Source: Lama guanicoe (Eukaryota). Taken from it: a stretch of DNA of 64,000 nucleotides. Of the stretch, positions 55,801-64,000 are shown one piece after another; within the stretch, counting starts at the first letter, position 1; each line of letters starts with the position of its first letter. The DNA is taken from positions 14,331,206-14,395,205 of the forward strand of contig MU055785.1 of NCBI GenBank assembly GCA_013239625.1, read 5' to 3'. A program made the position numbers and the translations under genes. The notes below the pieces were generated by a model. That model worked only from the letters and a program-made list of their open reading frames with translations, made no database searches and was not told the DNA's origin.

Positions 55801-58346
55801 GCTGCAGAACCAGTACCGCATCTCCTTCCTCTGAGCGACGCAGGAGTGCGACCCGAGCACATGGCTCATCCGGGCCAATGGCCTGAGAGTGGAAGTGACG
55901 TGCCTTGCTTGGGGTGGAAGCCTTTTTGAGTTGGTGTCTAATCTCTTACGTTTCCCTTCCCCTGCGATGGAACATTCCAGATGGAGGCGGCTCTGTTTGC
56001 CAGCATTCCCCAGTGAAGACACGTGGAACCGATGCCCTGAGCCGGCCTGAGGCGGACGTGGAGCATCATCAAGGTAGAGGCTTGAGCTGTGTTAAGCCCC
56101 CAAGGCTTCTGCAGCTGAGCCTCGCCCGTGCTGACTAACACACTGCCCGTGACCAGCAGGGGTGACATCGCCAGTAAAGGGGAAAGAATGTAGCAGACTC
56201 CTTGTATTCACCTTCAGCAAATCCAGCTCCCTTGAGAAAAACAATCTGACGAGCATGGCCGATGTCACCTGCCTGTGTTCTGTGAGTGAGGGGGCAGCTC
56301 TGGCCCCCGTGCCCTCACGGCAGGAACATCCCACCCTTTCCTGACGCCGGCGCTTCAACAGATGTATTTTCTGGAGACTATGGCCACCAAGCCCAAATCC
56401 ACGATTCTACCTGGTGCTTCAGCAAATCCCAGCTCCAATACCGAAGGAGACAGTGTGTAGGGGTGGCCCGGGGAAGGACACACCCCCATGCCTCTTTCCA
56501 GCAGCCCCTTCCTGGAGATTTTTAGGGATAATCCTGTCCCTGTGCGATGTCCGCCTTTCCTGTTGCAGACGTGACTCCACACCATCAGCCTCGTCCTCCT
56601 CAGCCTCGGGCCAACCCGGCCTCAGGCAGGAGCACATCTGCAGGGCCTTCTCCGACCTTGTGCGCTGGCCCTGCCCACACCTTCCCGAAGACGCACACAG
56701 AGAGGAGGCCGGCCCAGCAGCAAGTTCCTGCCTCGTCCTTAAGGGGCCCCTCCTGTCTGCCGTCAGAGGGTGACCCTGAGAAGGACGCTGGGGTTGCAGA
56801 GGAAGCCCTCTTGCTGGCAGCCCCTAGCGGCCCAGTGGCGCTGGCACAGCAAGGACACCGCGAGGCTGATGCCAAGCGTGCCCGGTCTTGCCCCCAGAAG
56901 CACCTTGTGGGCGAGGGAGCAGTTTTTTAAACGAGCCCGTCAGTTAGCACCATGGCTCTTCCAAGCGGCTAAACAGAAGCCTATGCAAACCAGCTGGTCC
57001 ACCGGGAGCTGAGTGATTTGCTTGGCAGAGCTGTTTGGGGTTCTGTTTGGTCTGCTGTTGGTCAGTGTCCATTTTCCGCCATTGGGAATCACATCCTTTT
57101 TTTCCAGATCAATCTCGACACCGATTCACTCAGGTAAGTCACTGCTCCCCTCTCCACTGACGCGTGAGCTTCCACTAGACTAACGTGTTCGCGTGCTGTT
57201 CACACAGGAGGCCCGGGGCTGCTGCCTGGAGAAGGGCCTGGGGTACCAGGCGCTCAGACCTCCTCCTTCTGTCCGGTTTTTCATAGAGCTAAGCGTTCTC
57301 TCTAACGCACGAGCAGGATGGGGAGGGGGTGGGGGGAAACATCATTTATCAAGATACACGATCATCACCTTGCTTTAATAGTGAAAAGCACCCCAATCTT
57401 CTGATGAAAACTGGGAGCAAAAGCTGCAGATTCTTTTGTGGAATTGCAAGGTGGGGCTCCAGTCCTCATCTCCCCTAAGTTTGAAAGAAAAACTGACTGT
57501 CTTCAGGTGGATAAAATCGGCCTGTGACCCGTTTAACCTTCAGCAGGGAGAAAGTGCTCCCCGACTGAGCAGGGGACTTCGCTGCCTACACCGAGGACCT
57601 CCGATAAGGTTAAGTCTTAACACCTACCTCTGTGATCACTTCACCCACGACAGAGACTAAATGCCCCCCAACCACGCGGAGTTAACCCCCTGCGCCCCAC
57701 TCGGCTCCCTAAACACAAACGTGATGGAAAAGTGTGCAAGTTCACCGCTGTCATTACCGCGGCCTTTGTCGGAACGGAAGCTCTCAAGTGCGCAGGCGAT
57801 GTCACAGGGAGGTCGCTGGAGGAGGAGGGGAGACGCTCGGAAGCACACCAGGCAGCGCCCAGCGCAGACCCAGCGCCAGACCCTCAGGGCCAGGCCCTGG
57901 CTGCCTGCGTACCACCGCTTTGAGGGCGTGTGAGGTCATGCCGGCTGACACCCGCCAGGTGCCCAGCCAGGGCCCGGCACAGCAGGCGTGCTCAAGGCCC
58001 GCTGGCCCGCCTTGTATCACCGCAAGGCCCTTGACACTGGCCGCTCCCCAGGGGCACCTGTCACCCACGCCCCAGCTGTGCCCAGTGGTGCCTCACAGGC
58101 CAGACGGCCCTTCTCCACCACGGGAGGGAGGTCGGGGCACCCACCTTTGCTGATGGAGGGGGCCAGTCCATTCATGAGCCTTGGGAAGGCCTTGCTGGGG
58201 GACGAGGGGCCGTCCGAGGAGGCCGCAGAGCTGCCGCCCAGGTCGATCTTGCCGGCGTGCTGGCGGAACTCCTCCAGGTCCCGGGACAGCAGGCTGAACT
58301 GCTCACTCTGCGCCCGGCATTTCTCCTCCAACTCCCGCACCTTGCA
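22684..58346 (-). CDS. RIMBP2: RIMBP2 (RIMS-binding protein 2): complement(join(22684..22818,26535..26606,27408..27511,30422..30590,31119..31303,34493..34610,[36050..36673 alt],39172..39330,41200..41343,43054..43515,44465..44616,48153..48974,51202..51311,53406..53482,54437..54582,58145..58346)); N-terminal exons not found in the window, last exon in gap
   Basis: The spliced translation gives [16 protein letters not shown] (coiled coil), SH3-1, three FN3 domains, SH3-2 and SH3-3, matching mammalian RIMBP2. All junctions are GT-AG and phase-consistent (core 3057 nt = 1019 codons). Confidence 0.97.
23830..24405 (+). mobile_element. L1MB-like 3'-end fragment, strongly GC-shifted
   Basis: tgttggtgaggacgtggcgaaactggaacctctgtgcactgttggtggg...tattcagccttaaaaaggaagg...tttatgtgtatttcatcacaaataaaaatt. 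Confidence 0.75.
24430..25520. promoter_or_regulatory. Intronic CpG-island-like region (about 1.1 kb)
   Basis: Very high GC and CpG density, with GC boxes (ccgccccgccccgccgcc at 24495-24520). Confidence 0.6.
25900..26380 (+). mobile_element. Old L1M ORF2 fragment
   Basis: A-rich; aaaatactatg...ttgaaaaatctaaatgaaa and aatcctgataccaaaagcc motifs. Confidence 0.5.
26535..26606 (-). CDS. RIMBP2: RIMBP2 exon, SH3-3
   Basis: ctgcag|GCC GAG CTG...TAC TAC|gtaagt; [24 protein letters not shown]. Confidence 0.96.
27250..27960. promoter_or_regulatory. CpG-island-like region spanning a RIMBP2 exon
   Basis: Dense CpG and G-runs. Confidence 0.55.
27408..27511 (-). CDS. RIMBP2: RIMBP2 exon, linker and start of SH3-3
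   Basis: ggacag|AG AGG AGC...GTG GAG|gtgacc; [35 protein letters not shown]. Confidence 0.94.
28200..29032 (+). mobile_element. Relatively young 5'-truncated L1 (end of ORF2, 3' UTR, A-tail), camelid/cetartiodactyl-like; contains gap 28511-28703
   Basis: Peptide [56 protein letters not shown] is the L1 ORF2 C-terminal CCHC region. The 3' UTR ends ...gacacaacactgtaaactgaccatagttcaaaaaaaataa. Confidence 0.9.
28511..28703. other. Assembly gap (193 N) inside the L1
   Basis: Run of N. Confidence 1.
29260..29819 (-). mobile_element. Old L1M 3'-end fragment
   Basis: gaggtataatttacat...ggcctggcttctttcattcggacagtggttctgaggcccgttcac...tgcaccatttgacactccac. Confidence 0.6.
29820..30395 (+). mobile_element. 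Solo ERV LTR (ERV1-like); 3' end approximate
   Basis: Starts TGAAACCGAGCAGGACCC. It has a purine-rich U3, CCAAT at about 30189, a TATA-like tttttaaa at about 30247 and AATAAA at 30332-30337, in LTR order. Confidence 0.7.
30422..30590 (-). CDS. RIMBP2: RIMBP2 exon, SH3-2 C-terminal part
   Basis: ctgcag|GTT TAC GGG...ATA G|gtgag; [56 protein letters not shown]. Confidence 0.97.
30640..31400. promoter_or_regulatory. CpG-island-like region around the SH3-2 exons
   Basis: Dense CpG (gcacgcgcgcgcgcccg; gcggcgcgcc repeats). Confidence 0.55.
31119..31303 (-). CDS. RIMBP2: RIMBP2 exon, SH3-2 N-terminal part
   Basis: ccgcag|AT GAA TAC...ATC AAG|gtgggg; [61 protein letters not shown]. Confidence 0.96.
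34493..34610 (-). CDS. RIMBP2: RIMBP2 linker exon
   Basis: gtcttcag|ATT TTA GGA...ACC G|gtcagt; [39 protein letters not shown]. Confidence 0.9.
36050..36673 (-). CDS. RIMBP2: RIMBP2 large alternative (cassette) exon, 624 nt / 208 aa, phase 0-0
   Basis: cctgtcag|GAG TGC CCT...CCC CGG|gtgtgt. It is open in the frame set by both flanking exons. It contains [28 protein letters not shown] and [15 protein letters not shown], which I recall from long vertebrate RIM-BP2 isoforms. Confidence 0.8.
39172..39330 (-). CDS. RIMBP2: RIMBP2 exon, acidic linker
   Basis: ccccag|CCG CAC TGT...CTC AAG|gtcagt; [53 protein letters not shown]. Confidence 0.96.
40190..40445 (+). mobile_element. MaLR LTR fragment (MLT1 family)
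   Basis: atgtgacagttggagctatggcagctgctttgtaaccatgag...cactgttagttggttgttctgtttctcatgtgcaagctaatgcaaatac. Confidence 0.55.
41200..41343 (-). CDS. RIMBP2: RIMBP2 exon
   Basis: cttccaag|TTA GAG AAA...AAG CCG|gtgaga; [48 protein letters not shown]. Confidence 0.95.
43054..43515 (-). CDS. RIMBP2: RIMBP2 exon, end of FN3-3 and Pro-rich region
   Basis: gcgcag|GTG GCT GAG...AGC AGG|gtaag; [41 protein letters not shown]...[15 protein letters not shown]. Confidence 0.96.
44465..44616 (-). CDS. RIMBP2: RIMBP2 exon, start of FN3-3
   Basis: ccgcag|GT CCT CCA...CAG AGG|gtgag; [50 protein letters not shown]. Confidence 0.96.
45747..46070. mobile_element. L1 insertion with 5' inversion (minus-strand A-tail and 3' tip joined to a plus-strand ORF2 fragment)
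   Basis: T9-aattgaagtatag (reverse complement of the L1 3' end) is fused directly to agcttctgcacagcaaaggaaacc...atgggagaaaatatctgc (sense ORF2). Confidence 0.8.
46402..46727 (+). mobile_element. MaLR solo LTR (MLT1A-like)
   Basis: tgctgtggacc...tgtgtccccc...ctgatcttcgactcccagcctccagaactg...tgttgtttacaagcc...ttgttacaacagcccgagctgacgagaca. Confidence 0.75.
48153..48974 (-). CDS. RIMBP2: RIMBP2 exon, end of SH3-1 plus FN3-1 and FN3-2
   Basis: caacag|GC GAA CTC...GCA G|gtgag; [18 protein letters not shown]...[24 protein letters not shown]...[11 protein letters not shown]. Confidence 0.98.
51202..51311 (-). CDS. RIMBP2: RIMBP2 exon, SH3-1
   Basis: cctctag|T TAC AAC...GAA G|gtctgg; [36 protein letters not shown]. 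Confidence 0.96.
51850..52200 (-). mobile_element. Old L1ME-like fragment containing a (CT)n microsatellite at 52094-52112
   Basis: aatatccttacggacatatcttt...gataaatccctaggaagcagattt...ggcccaaatacccta. Confidence 0.45.
52796..53222 (+). mobile_element. MaLR solo LTR (MLT1B/C-like)
   Basis: ttacttggaaaggtctttgcagatgtgatcaagttaagatggggtcatactgga...gagccttcagagaggg...tgacactttgatctctggctcccggcctccggaac...gcagccctgggaaa. Confidence 0.8.
53406..53482 (-). CDS. RIMBP2: RIMBP2 exon, start of SH3-1
   Basis: ctgacag|ATG GAT AAT...TAC AG|gtaag; [25 protein letters not shown]. Confidence 0.95.
53461..53950. repeat. Tandem duplication: two 240-bp copies (53461-53700 and 53711-53950), period 250, 1 mismatch; followed by a 20-bp GC-rich minisatellite to about 53990
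   Basis: Direct comparison shows the copies are identical except ctggagcccc versus ctggaggccc. Confidence 0.97.
54437..54582 (-). CDS. RIMBP2: RIMBP2 exon
   Basis: ggccag|GT CAG GAG...TCA GAC|gtgag; [48 protein letters not shown]. Confidence 0.95.
54800..55166 (+). mobile_element. MaLR LTR fragment (MLT1J-like)
   Basis: ctgcagccatattgccaccagg...gcccctgaatccagccgtacctgaagcta...ctgtcacttatgacccaaatcgtcctaacttaataca. Confidence 0.7.
58145..58346 (-). CDS. RIMBP2: RIMBP2 exon, coiled coil
   Basis: cctgcag|TGC AAG GTG CGG GAG...AAA G|gtgggt; [67 protein letters not shown]. Confidence 0.95.
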
Positions 58347-61300
58347 CTGCAGGGCACAGGCGGGGACACACGGTCAGCAGGCAGCCCTGGCTCGCGGGGA
58401 CACGTGTCTGAGTGAGCGTGCGTGTGTGTGCACAAGGTGCCGCACGTGCACTGTGGACGACAGTGTGTGTGCACATGCACACCTGAAAGTGTGTTGTCTG
58501 AGTGTGTCTGCATATGTGTGTGCGTGTATGTGGCCAAGGGCTGCCTCGTGCCTCCATGCAAGAATGAACGACGACGCGTAAAACCAAGCTTTCTGTGCAG
58601 CCTGGCTCCCAGGGCAAACGTGGGCGAGCGCAGGTGCCAGGACACCCTGCAGACACTCGGCCCAGCCAACTGCAGCTTGCTCTGGGCTCCGTGTGCAGCC
58701 CAGGCTCTGTGTGATGGGCACGCCTCACCGCAGCTGCTGGAGATCTGGAGTATGGGGCGGTGACACAGCCCGGCCGCGGGGGATGGCTCCGTGGCTAGCC
58801 CACGGATGCAGCCATCTTGTGGAGGCCCCTGCCTCTAGTCCTGCAGAACCCCGAAGCGCATGGCTTCAGCAGTAAAGGGAAGGTCTACCTGCTGGACTGG
58901 GTTAGCAACATCGCTGCCATCTGCAGATGCCGGAGGCGTCTCGGGAGCACTAGGGAGGCTGGAGTGTCCCTGGGCACACGTCCTGGAAGGCAGCCCCGGG
59001 CAGCTCCCCCACCCCCGCTCTGCCTGGTCCTGCCCCGGCTGGTTCTCAGCTGGGCGGGTGTCATCCAGCCCCTCTTCCTTCCCGGGGAACCAGAGTCTAC
59101 ACTCCTGCGCTTCCACTCCTGGTGCAGAAACACGAGCTCCCCGCACTGGCCCACAGGTGTGCGCCCACCCAAGGAGGGGCACGTGGAGAGCCCCCTCTGC
59201 CTCCCCTGCTGTGTTCTGTTCTGGGCACTCACCACCCTACACTCTAGAGCTCCCTGATCCTTCCTCGTCTGTCTCCACGACTAGACCGTCAGCTTCAAGC
59301 CTGTGCCTCTGGCTCCCCGGGACGCCCTCAGGGCTCTGCACAGAACCCGCCCACCGCGGGTGCTCGACGGGTGCTTGCTGAAGCCGTGGCGAGGAGAGCC
59401 CGGGTCTGCAGGTGTCACGCTCCTCACAGCAGGGGCTGCTCCATCTGCGTCGGGCCTGGCCGGCCTCCGTTCCTTGCTGGATGGCAGGTGGGATGTCCCT
59501 GCTACCGTGCCAGCTCCACGAGGGCACAAGTCTGGTCTGCTGCACTCCAGCACCTGGACCGGAGGTGGGTACCCAGTCGGGCTGAGTGACGTCTGGTTTC
59601 AAGTGGTGTGCACACAGGCATGGAGGCCGGTGCTAGCCGGACCCTTGGCTTGGCTGGGGGGCTCGCGACACACCCCCACCCCTGCACCAGCCACTCCTTT
59701 TCTCCACGTCCTCCACGGGCATGAAGACTTTCAGCTCCTTAGTCCAGAATGAAGTACTATTCATGTCTGAGATCACAGAATCCTAAAAATAGACCTAATC
59801 AATCCCAAACTTGTAATTAATTTCTTGGATTCATTAAAAACAAAAAATCAGCAGGATTCTTCTGAAAGGCTGACCGAGCCTGGCTGGGATCGCTGCTCCC
59901 TCCGAGGAAGGCACAGCAGTGACACCGGGCGCCCCTGCATGCAGGTGGGGACACAGAGAGGAGGTCAGACCCGCCTCCCGCCTGGGCCCCCCGTGGAGAT
60001 GCAGCGCCCGCCCAGGAGCAGGATGGTGACCTCAGATGCCGCACGGCCAAGGGCTCTGGCTACCCCGTGCTCAGCCCTGAAGACCAGACCCTTGCTCCAG
60101 GTGTGAGTGACTGGCCTTGGAGGGCAGGCAGCGCCCTCAGGTGGGGAACAGCCGCCAGCCACCCAGCCTTGGGCAAGGAGGGCTTGGAAGTGCGGACAGC
60201 AGCTGAGGTGTCAGGAGCCCACACGGAGACGGGGCGTCTGAGGCCCGTCTGAACAGGGGCTCCCGGCTGCAGCTGTTGACCTGATCTGCTGCTGGGGGTT
60301 CGGGGGTGGAGGCGAGTGGAGCACAGGGTGGGCAGAGGGCAGACCGTGCGCTCCCAGCAGGCCCTGCGGGACCCAGACGAAACCAGGGAGAGGCCAGGGC
60401 TCACGTGGAGGTGGCGGACCACTGCGTGCTTCAGCTGCTGCGTTAACTCCGTCTCCTGGGTACCGCTGCCGGTGGGGCCCAGGGCCCGAGCTCCCTGAGG
60501 GCCGCCTTCCAGGGAGCATTTCCTTCACCGCCGCTTCCCCAGCAGCCGGCTCTGACGTGAGAGACGAGGGGAGGGTCCTGGGGGCAGGAGCAGCAGAGCC
60601 GACGCCCAACCATCGTGTCCACCACACGTCCGTGGAGTCGGTGGGGGATGCCCGTCCTGGGGGACCAGGTGACCCAGGCTGTGTGTTCTGTCCACGAGGG
60701 CATCTGCGTCTCAGTATTGGCCCACTGTGGGCAAAACCGCCAGTTTTCCCTGAGAAGCAGCGAATCTTCATTTCGATGGAAAATCCCTCAACTGTCAGAC
60801 ACTGGAGGGTATTCTGAAGGCTTACGAACAGCCTGGCCAGACAAGGCTCAGGCAGAGATGGCCCTGGCCTGGGGGTCACCACTTTGTGATCCCACCTCAC
60901 ATGGAATGTGCTAGCAGTCCCAGCACTGCGTGGCCCTGAGGGTGGCCTCTGGCTGTCCCCACCCAAGGCCCAGACACACAGGGTGGCTCTGGGGTCTCTA
61001 ATTTGCAGCCCTTCTGCATGGAGACAGAAAGGCATGGAGAGCATGCGTCCCAGGGGCGAGAACTTCCGCTCTAGAGCAGTCAGCGCTGGAACTGAGAATT
61101 CCACCCCAGGGGCGGGCCACGCAGATACCAGGAAGGCTGGGCTCCAGAGGCAGCTGCTCCAAAGACATCCACTACCTGTCTCTCCATCCACGCCCCATGC
61201 ACGCCTGTTGAGTATGGTCGATATCAGGGAAAAAAACTGGTAAATGATGAGCTTTTTCCAAGGTGTAACAGATGGAAGAAACGGGCATCCACTGGTGAAA

Positions 61301-62879
61301 TTAAAGGAATTCAAAATATGGGAGATCCCAGCACGGTCCCCCCCCAGAATGAAGAGTGCGTAACTAGCGTATCTGGGGATGGCACCCAAGGCTGGGCTCA
61401 AAACGGTCCCGTGACCAGACGCTGATTCAAAGGATGTCTGATTGCCTGAGGCCACCAGAACAGGGCCTCGTGTCAGCTTCATGGGAGCTGGTGGTGGAAG
61501 CTTCTGAGAAGGCAGAGGGGAGGGACATCACTGAGCAGCAGAACACGCGCACGTGCACCCCTCCGTGCGTCTGAACACGTGTGACAGTGTGGTCTGAGAC
61601 TCGCTGTCACTAGGACCTGGGGGCGAAGCTGCAGGGCTAAGCCCCTCCCATCTCGCGTGTCTACCCCAGAAACTCTGAGAGTCCTGCAGGCTCACGCCTC
61701 GCTGCTCACGTCTCTCTCCTCGATTCCTGTTTTGTTTCTCTTCTGGGTCTCCCAGGACATGGCTTCAAGGCAGCAGGACGCCAGCTCCCCAAAGCCCGGC
61801 AGCTCCCAGACGCCTGCTCTCACTCGTTCCAGGGGAAAAGGTCCGAGAAGCCAGCAGATGCGATGCCAGCAGCCCATTAAGCCCAAAAAGCTCCCCACAG
61901 GTCAGGGCTTCCTCTGGAAGCTTCGCCAGGCTCCCCTGCTGCTTCCCTCTCCTGGGAAAGAGGCAGGTCCTCCCTCCAGAGCCTCCGGGGACAGGCTCCC
62001 CTGGCCTGGCTGCAGCGGGCGCGGCTCGCTGGGGCTTGGTGCCCCCATGGCCTCTGAGCCACCAGCAGAAAGCACTCCTGCAAATGCTGGGAAGGAAAAC
62101 AGCGCCTGGCCGCCTGCCCTGGGGGCTCACCTGGACGTCAGCGTTTACCTGAGGCCCCGGGCGCGCACCTGCACGGCAGCGTTTACTTTAGCACTCAGAG
62201 CACCACGCCCGCTGGGGTTCACCTGGCCACTGGCCTGTCCCCATCGCTGTGTCCCCAGCCCTGCTCCTCCCAACCCAGAGATCTGCCACCTGCAGCCTCA
62301 GGAGCGGAGGGCTGCTGCATCCTGGCCGCAGTGGGAACAGATGGCACAGTCATCAGGCAAGTAAACTATAACTGGAATAAACAGCGGAGACTTGCAAATT
62401 TGGATGCGAGTATTTATGAAGAGGAAGGCGAGCACAGCCACACGCGCCTGCCAGCACTCTCTCAGGCTCCTCCGCTCCGTGTTTTCTCATCTGACTTCCG
62501 GGCGTCATAAAGAGACGAATGAGGGCGCTGTCCCCGTCTTCCATGTCCAAACCGGGACCTTTGGAGAGTAAGGGGGTGCTGTCAACACTCAGGCTGGAAC
62601 GGCAAACCAGGGCAGACTGGGTCGCCCTGCGGAGCCACGGGGGAGCAAGCCGTTCTGCGCGGTGTCTCTGTGCAAGCGAGCTCCGTGATGCCAGCTACCA
62701 CTCACTGAATACCTGCTGTGCGCCGGCCCCACCGGAGGGCTTCCCACACGACTGCTGATGCTCAGAGGGACTCCACGGGGTGACCCTTGTATGCGTGAGG
62801 AAGGGAAGGCCAGATGGACTGAACGCCAAGATCACACACCCAGGAAGTGGCAGGGCGGACCCGGGCCTCTGCGACTCCA

Positions 62880-63000
62880 GGTTCTGGTCAGGGTCCTGGT
62901 CCCATGCCACCGCTCACTCACTCGGGGGACCCGGAGGCAAGGCACGTCAGCTCAGTGGGCCTCAGTCTCTTCATCTGTGAAGTGGGGGAGAAGCCTGCCC
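62880..63000 (+). mobile_element. MIR fragment (approximate limits)
   Basis: ggcaaggcacgtcagctcagtgggcctcagtctcttcatctgtgaagtgggg is the MIR core. Confidence 0.5.
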
Positions 63001-64000
63001 TCCAGAACGACGGCCAGTTGTAAGCCCAGGCTCTGGAGGCATGGGAGGGGCTCTGTAAACAGACGCTAAGGCCCTCGGGCCTCCGTGGGCAGAGGCCTGG
63101 CCCAGTGCTGCAAGGGGCCGTGGACTGGCAACCCAGCCCCCAGCGGGCTGCAGAGGACCGCAGGCTGGCAGTGCGCCTGGGCCTGGGGCAGTGCGCTGGG
63201 ACTCCCTGCCTCTTCCCAGCAGCGGGAGCGCTGAGGGCTGCTCAGCACTCGTCCCCAGTGAGCCCCAGCAAGAAACGCCTTCCGCCGGCCTTTGACACTC
63301 ACCCCGCACCAGCTCACGCCCACAACTGTAACAGACACAGGAAAACCCATGAATTCACCCAAGCAGGCTCTGAGTTGCAGGATCTTGACAAGGAACTGCT
63401 CTGAACTCTAGAACAACGCAATCTTGATACAAAGTAAGGACCAAGGGCAGACCCCGGCGAAGGTGGCTCCTTAATTCACGTTTTGCTTCCTGTAATGTGC
63501 ACAGATTCAGCACCGTGAAAACACAAGTGTCCTAAACGTTTGCTCTGGTTCACACGATTAATGCGTTTACCAAACCGTCCAACTCAAGCACAGTGAATTC
63601 AACACCGGTGGCTCTGGTTACCGCGGGTCTCCTTGCTCTGCAGACACGCATTTGACACGGAGGCACCCTGCACACAGACGGACACCACTCACTGGTGGCA
63701 CGTCAGAACCCCTTGCTGTTCCCTGACTGCAGCTTCTGCCCTTGGGGCGCCAGCCAGGGTGGGAAGGGGAGGCACGGGGGAGATGAAGCTGGAGTCAAGA
63801 GTCTCAACCTGGCTGATACAGCAACCCAGTATCACAGCTGTGCGGCCCGCGCCTCCCAGCCCCCCTCACGGCCCGCGCCTCCCAGCCTCCCTTGCAGCGA
63901 AGTCGGGCCGTGCCACTAGCTCTGGCCAGTAGCCCATAAACAAGGGTGACACTTGTTTCTGTAGCTGAGACACAGGAGAAGGGATAGGAGCTCTCTCTGC

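Noticed and set aside
60211-61482. 423-aa minus-strand ORF
   Set aside because: No RIMBP2 or other protein similarity recognised and no convincing exon boundaries; GC-rich intron.

Overview
Mammalian genomic DNA from a draft assembly with 3 N-gaps. A camelid origin is inferred from the young L1 3' UTR at 28.7-29.0 kb and the absence of Alu, B1, Bov-tA, PRE-1 or SINEC elements. The window holds two convergent protein-coding genes. On + is the 3' half of PIWIL1: 10 exons, 81-10479, MID and PIWI domains, intact DEDH slicer tetrad. On - is most of RIMBP2: 15 core exons, 58346-22684, with coiled coil, SH3, 3xFN3 and 2 more SH3 domains, plus an intact 624-nt alternative exon; its last coding exon falls in the gap 22158-22310. 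All exon junctions were checked by hand for GT-AG and phase. The rest is introns, UTRs, L1/L2/MIR/MaLR/ERV fragments and many CpG-rich peaks. I found no prokaryotic-type system, CRISPR array or RNA gene, and I cannot support a wholly new biological system. The best leads are: (i) a 250-bp-period tandem duplication that copies a RIMBP2 3' splice site and exon start; (ii) a large RIMBP2 cassette exon carrying PP2A-B56, CaMKII and beta-TrCP-like motifs; (iii) several candidate small or poison RIMBP2 exons and a Pro-rich read-through tail; (iv) strong, patchy AT-to-GC substitution bias; (v) a twin-primed L1 and a perfect 22-bp palindrome. Family and ortholog assignments are from recalled sequence knowledge, not database searches.
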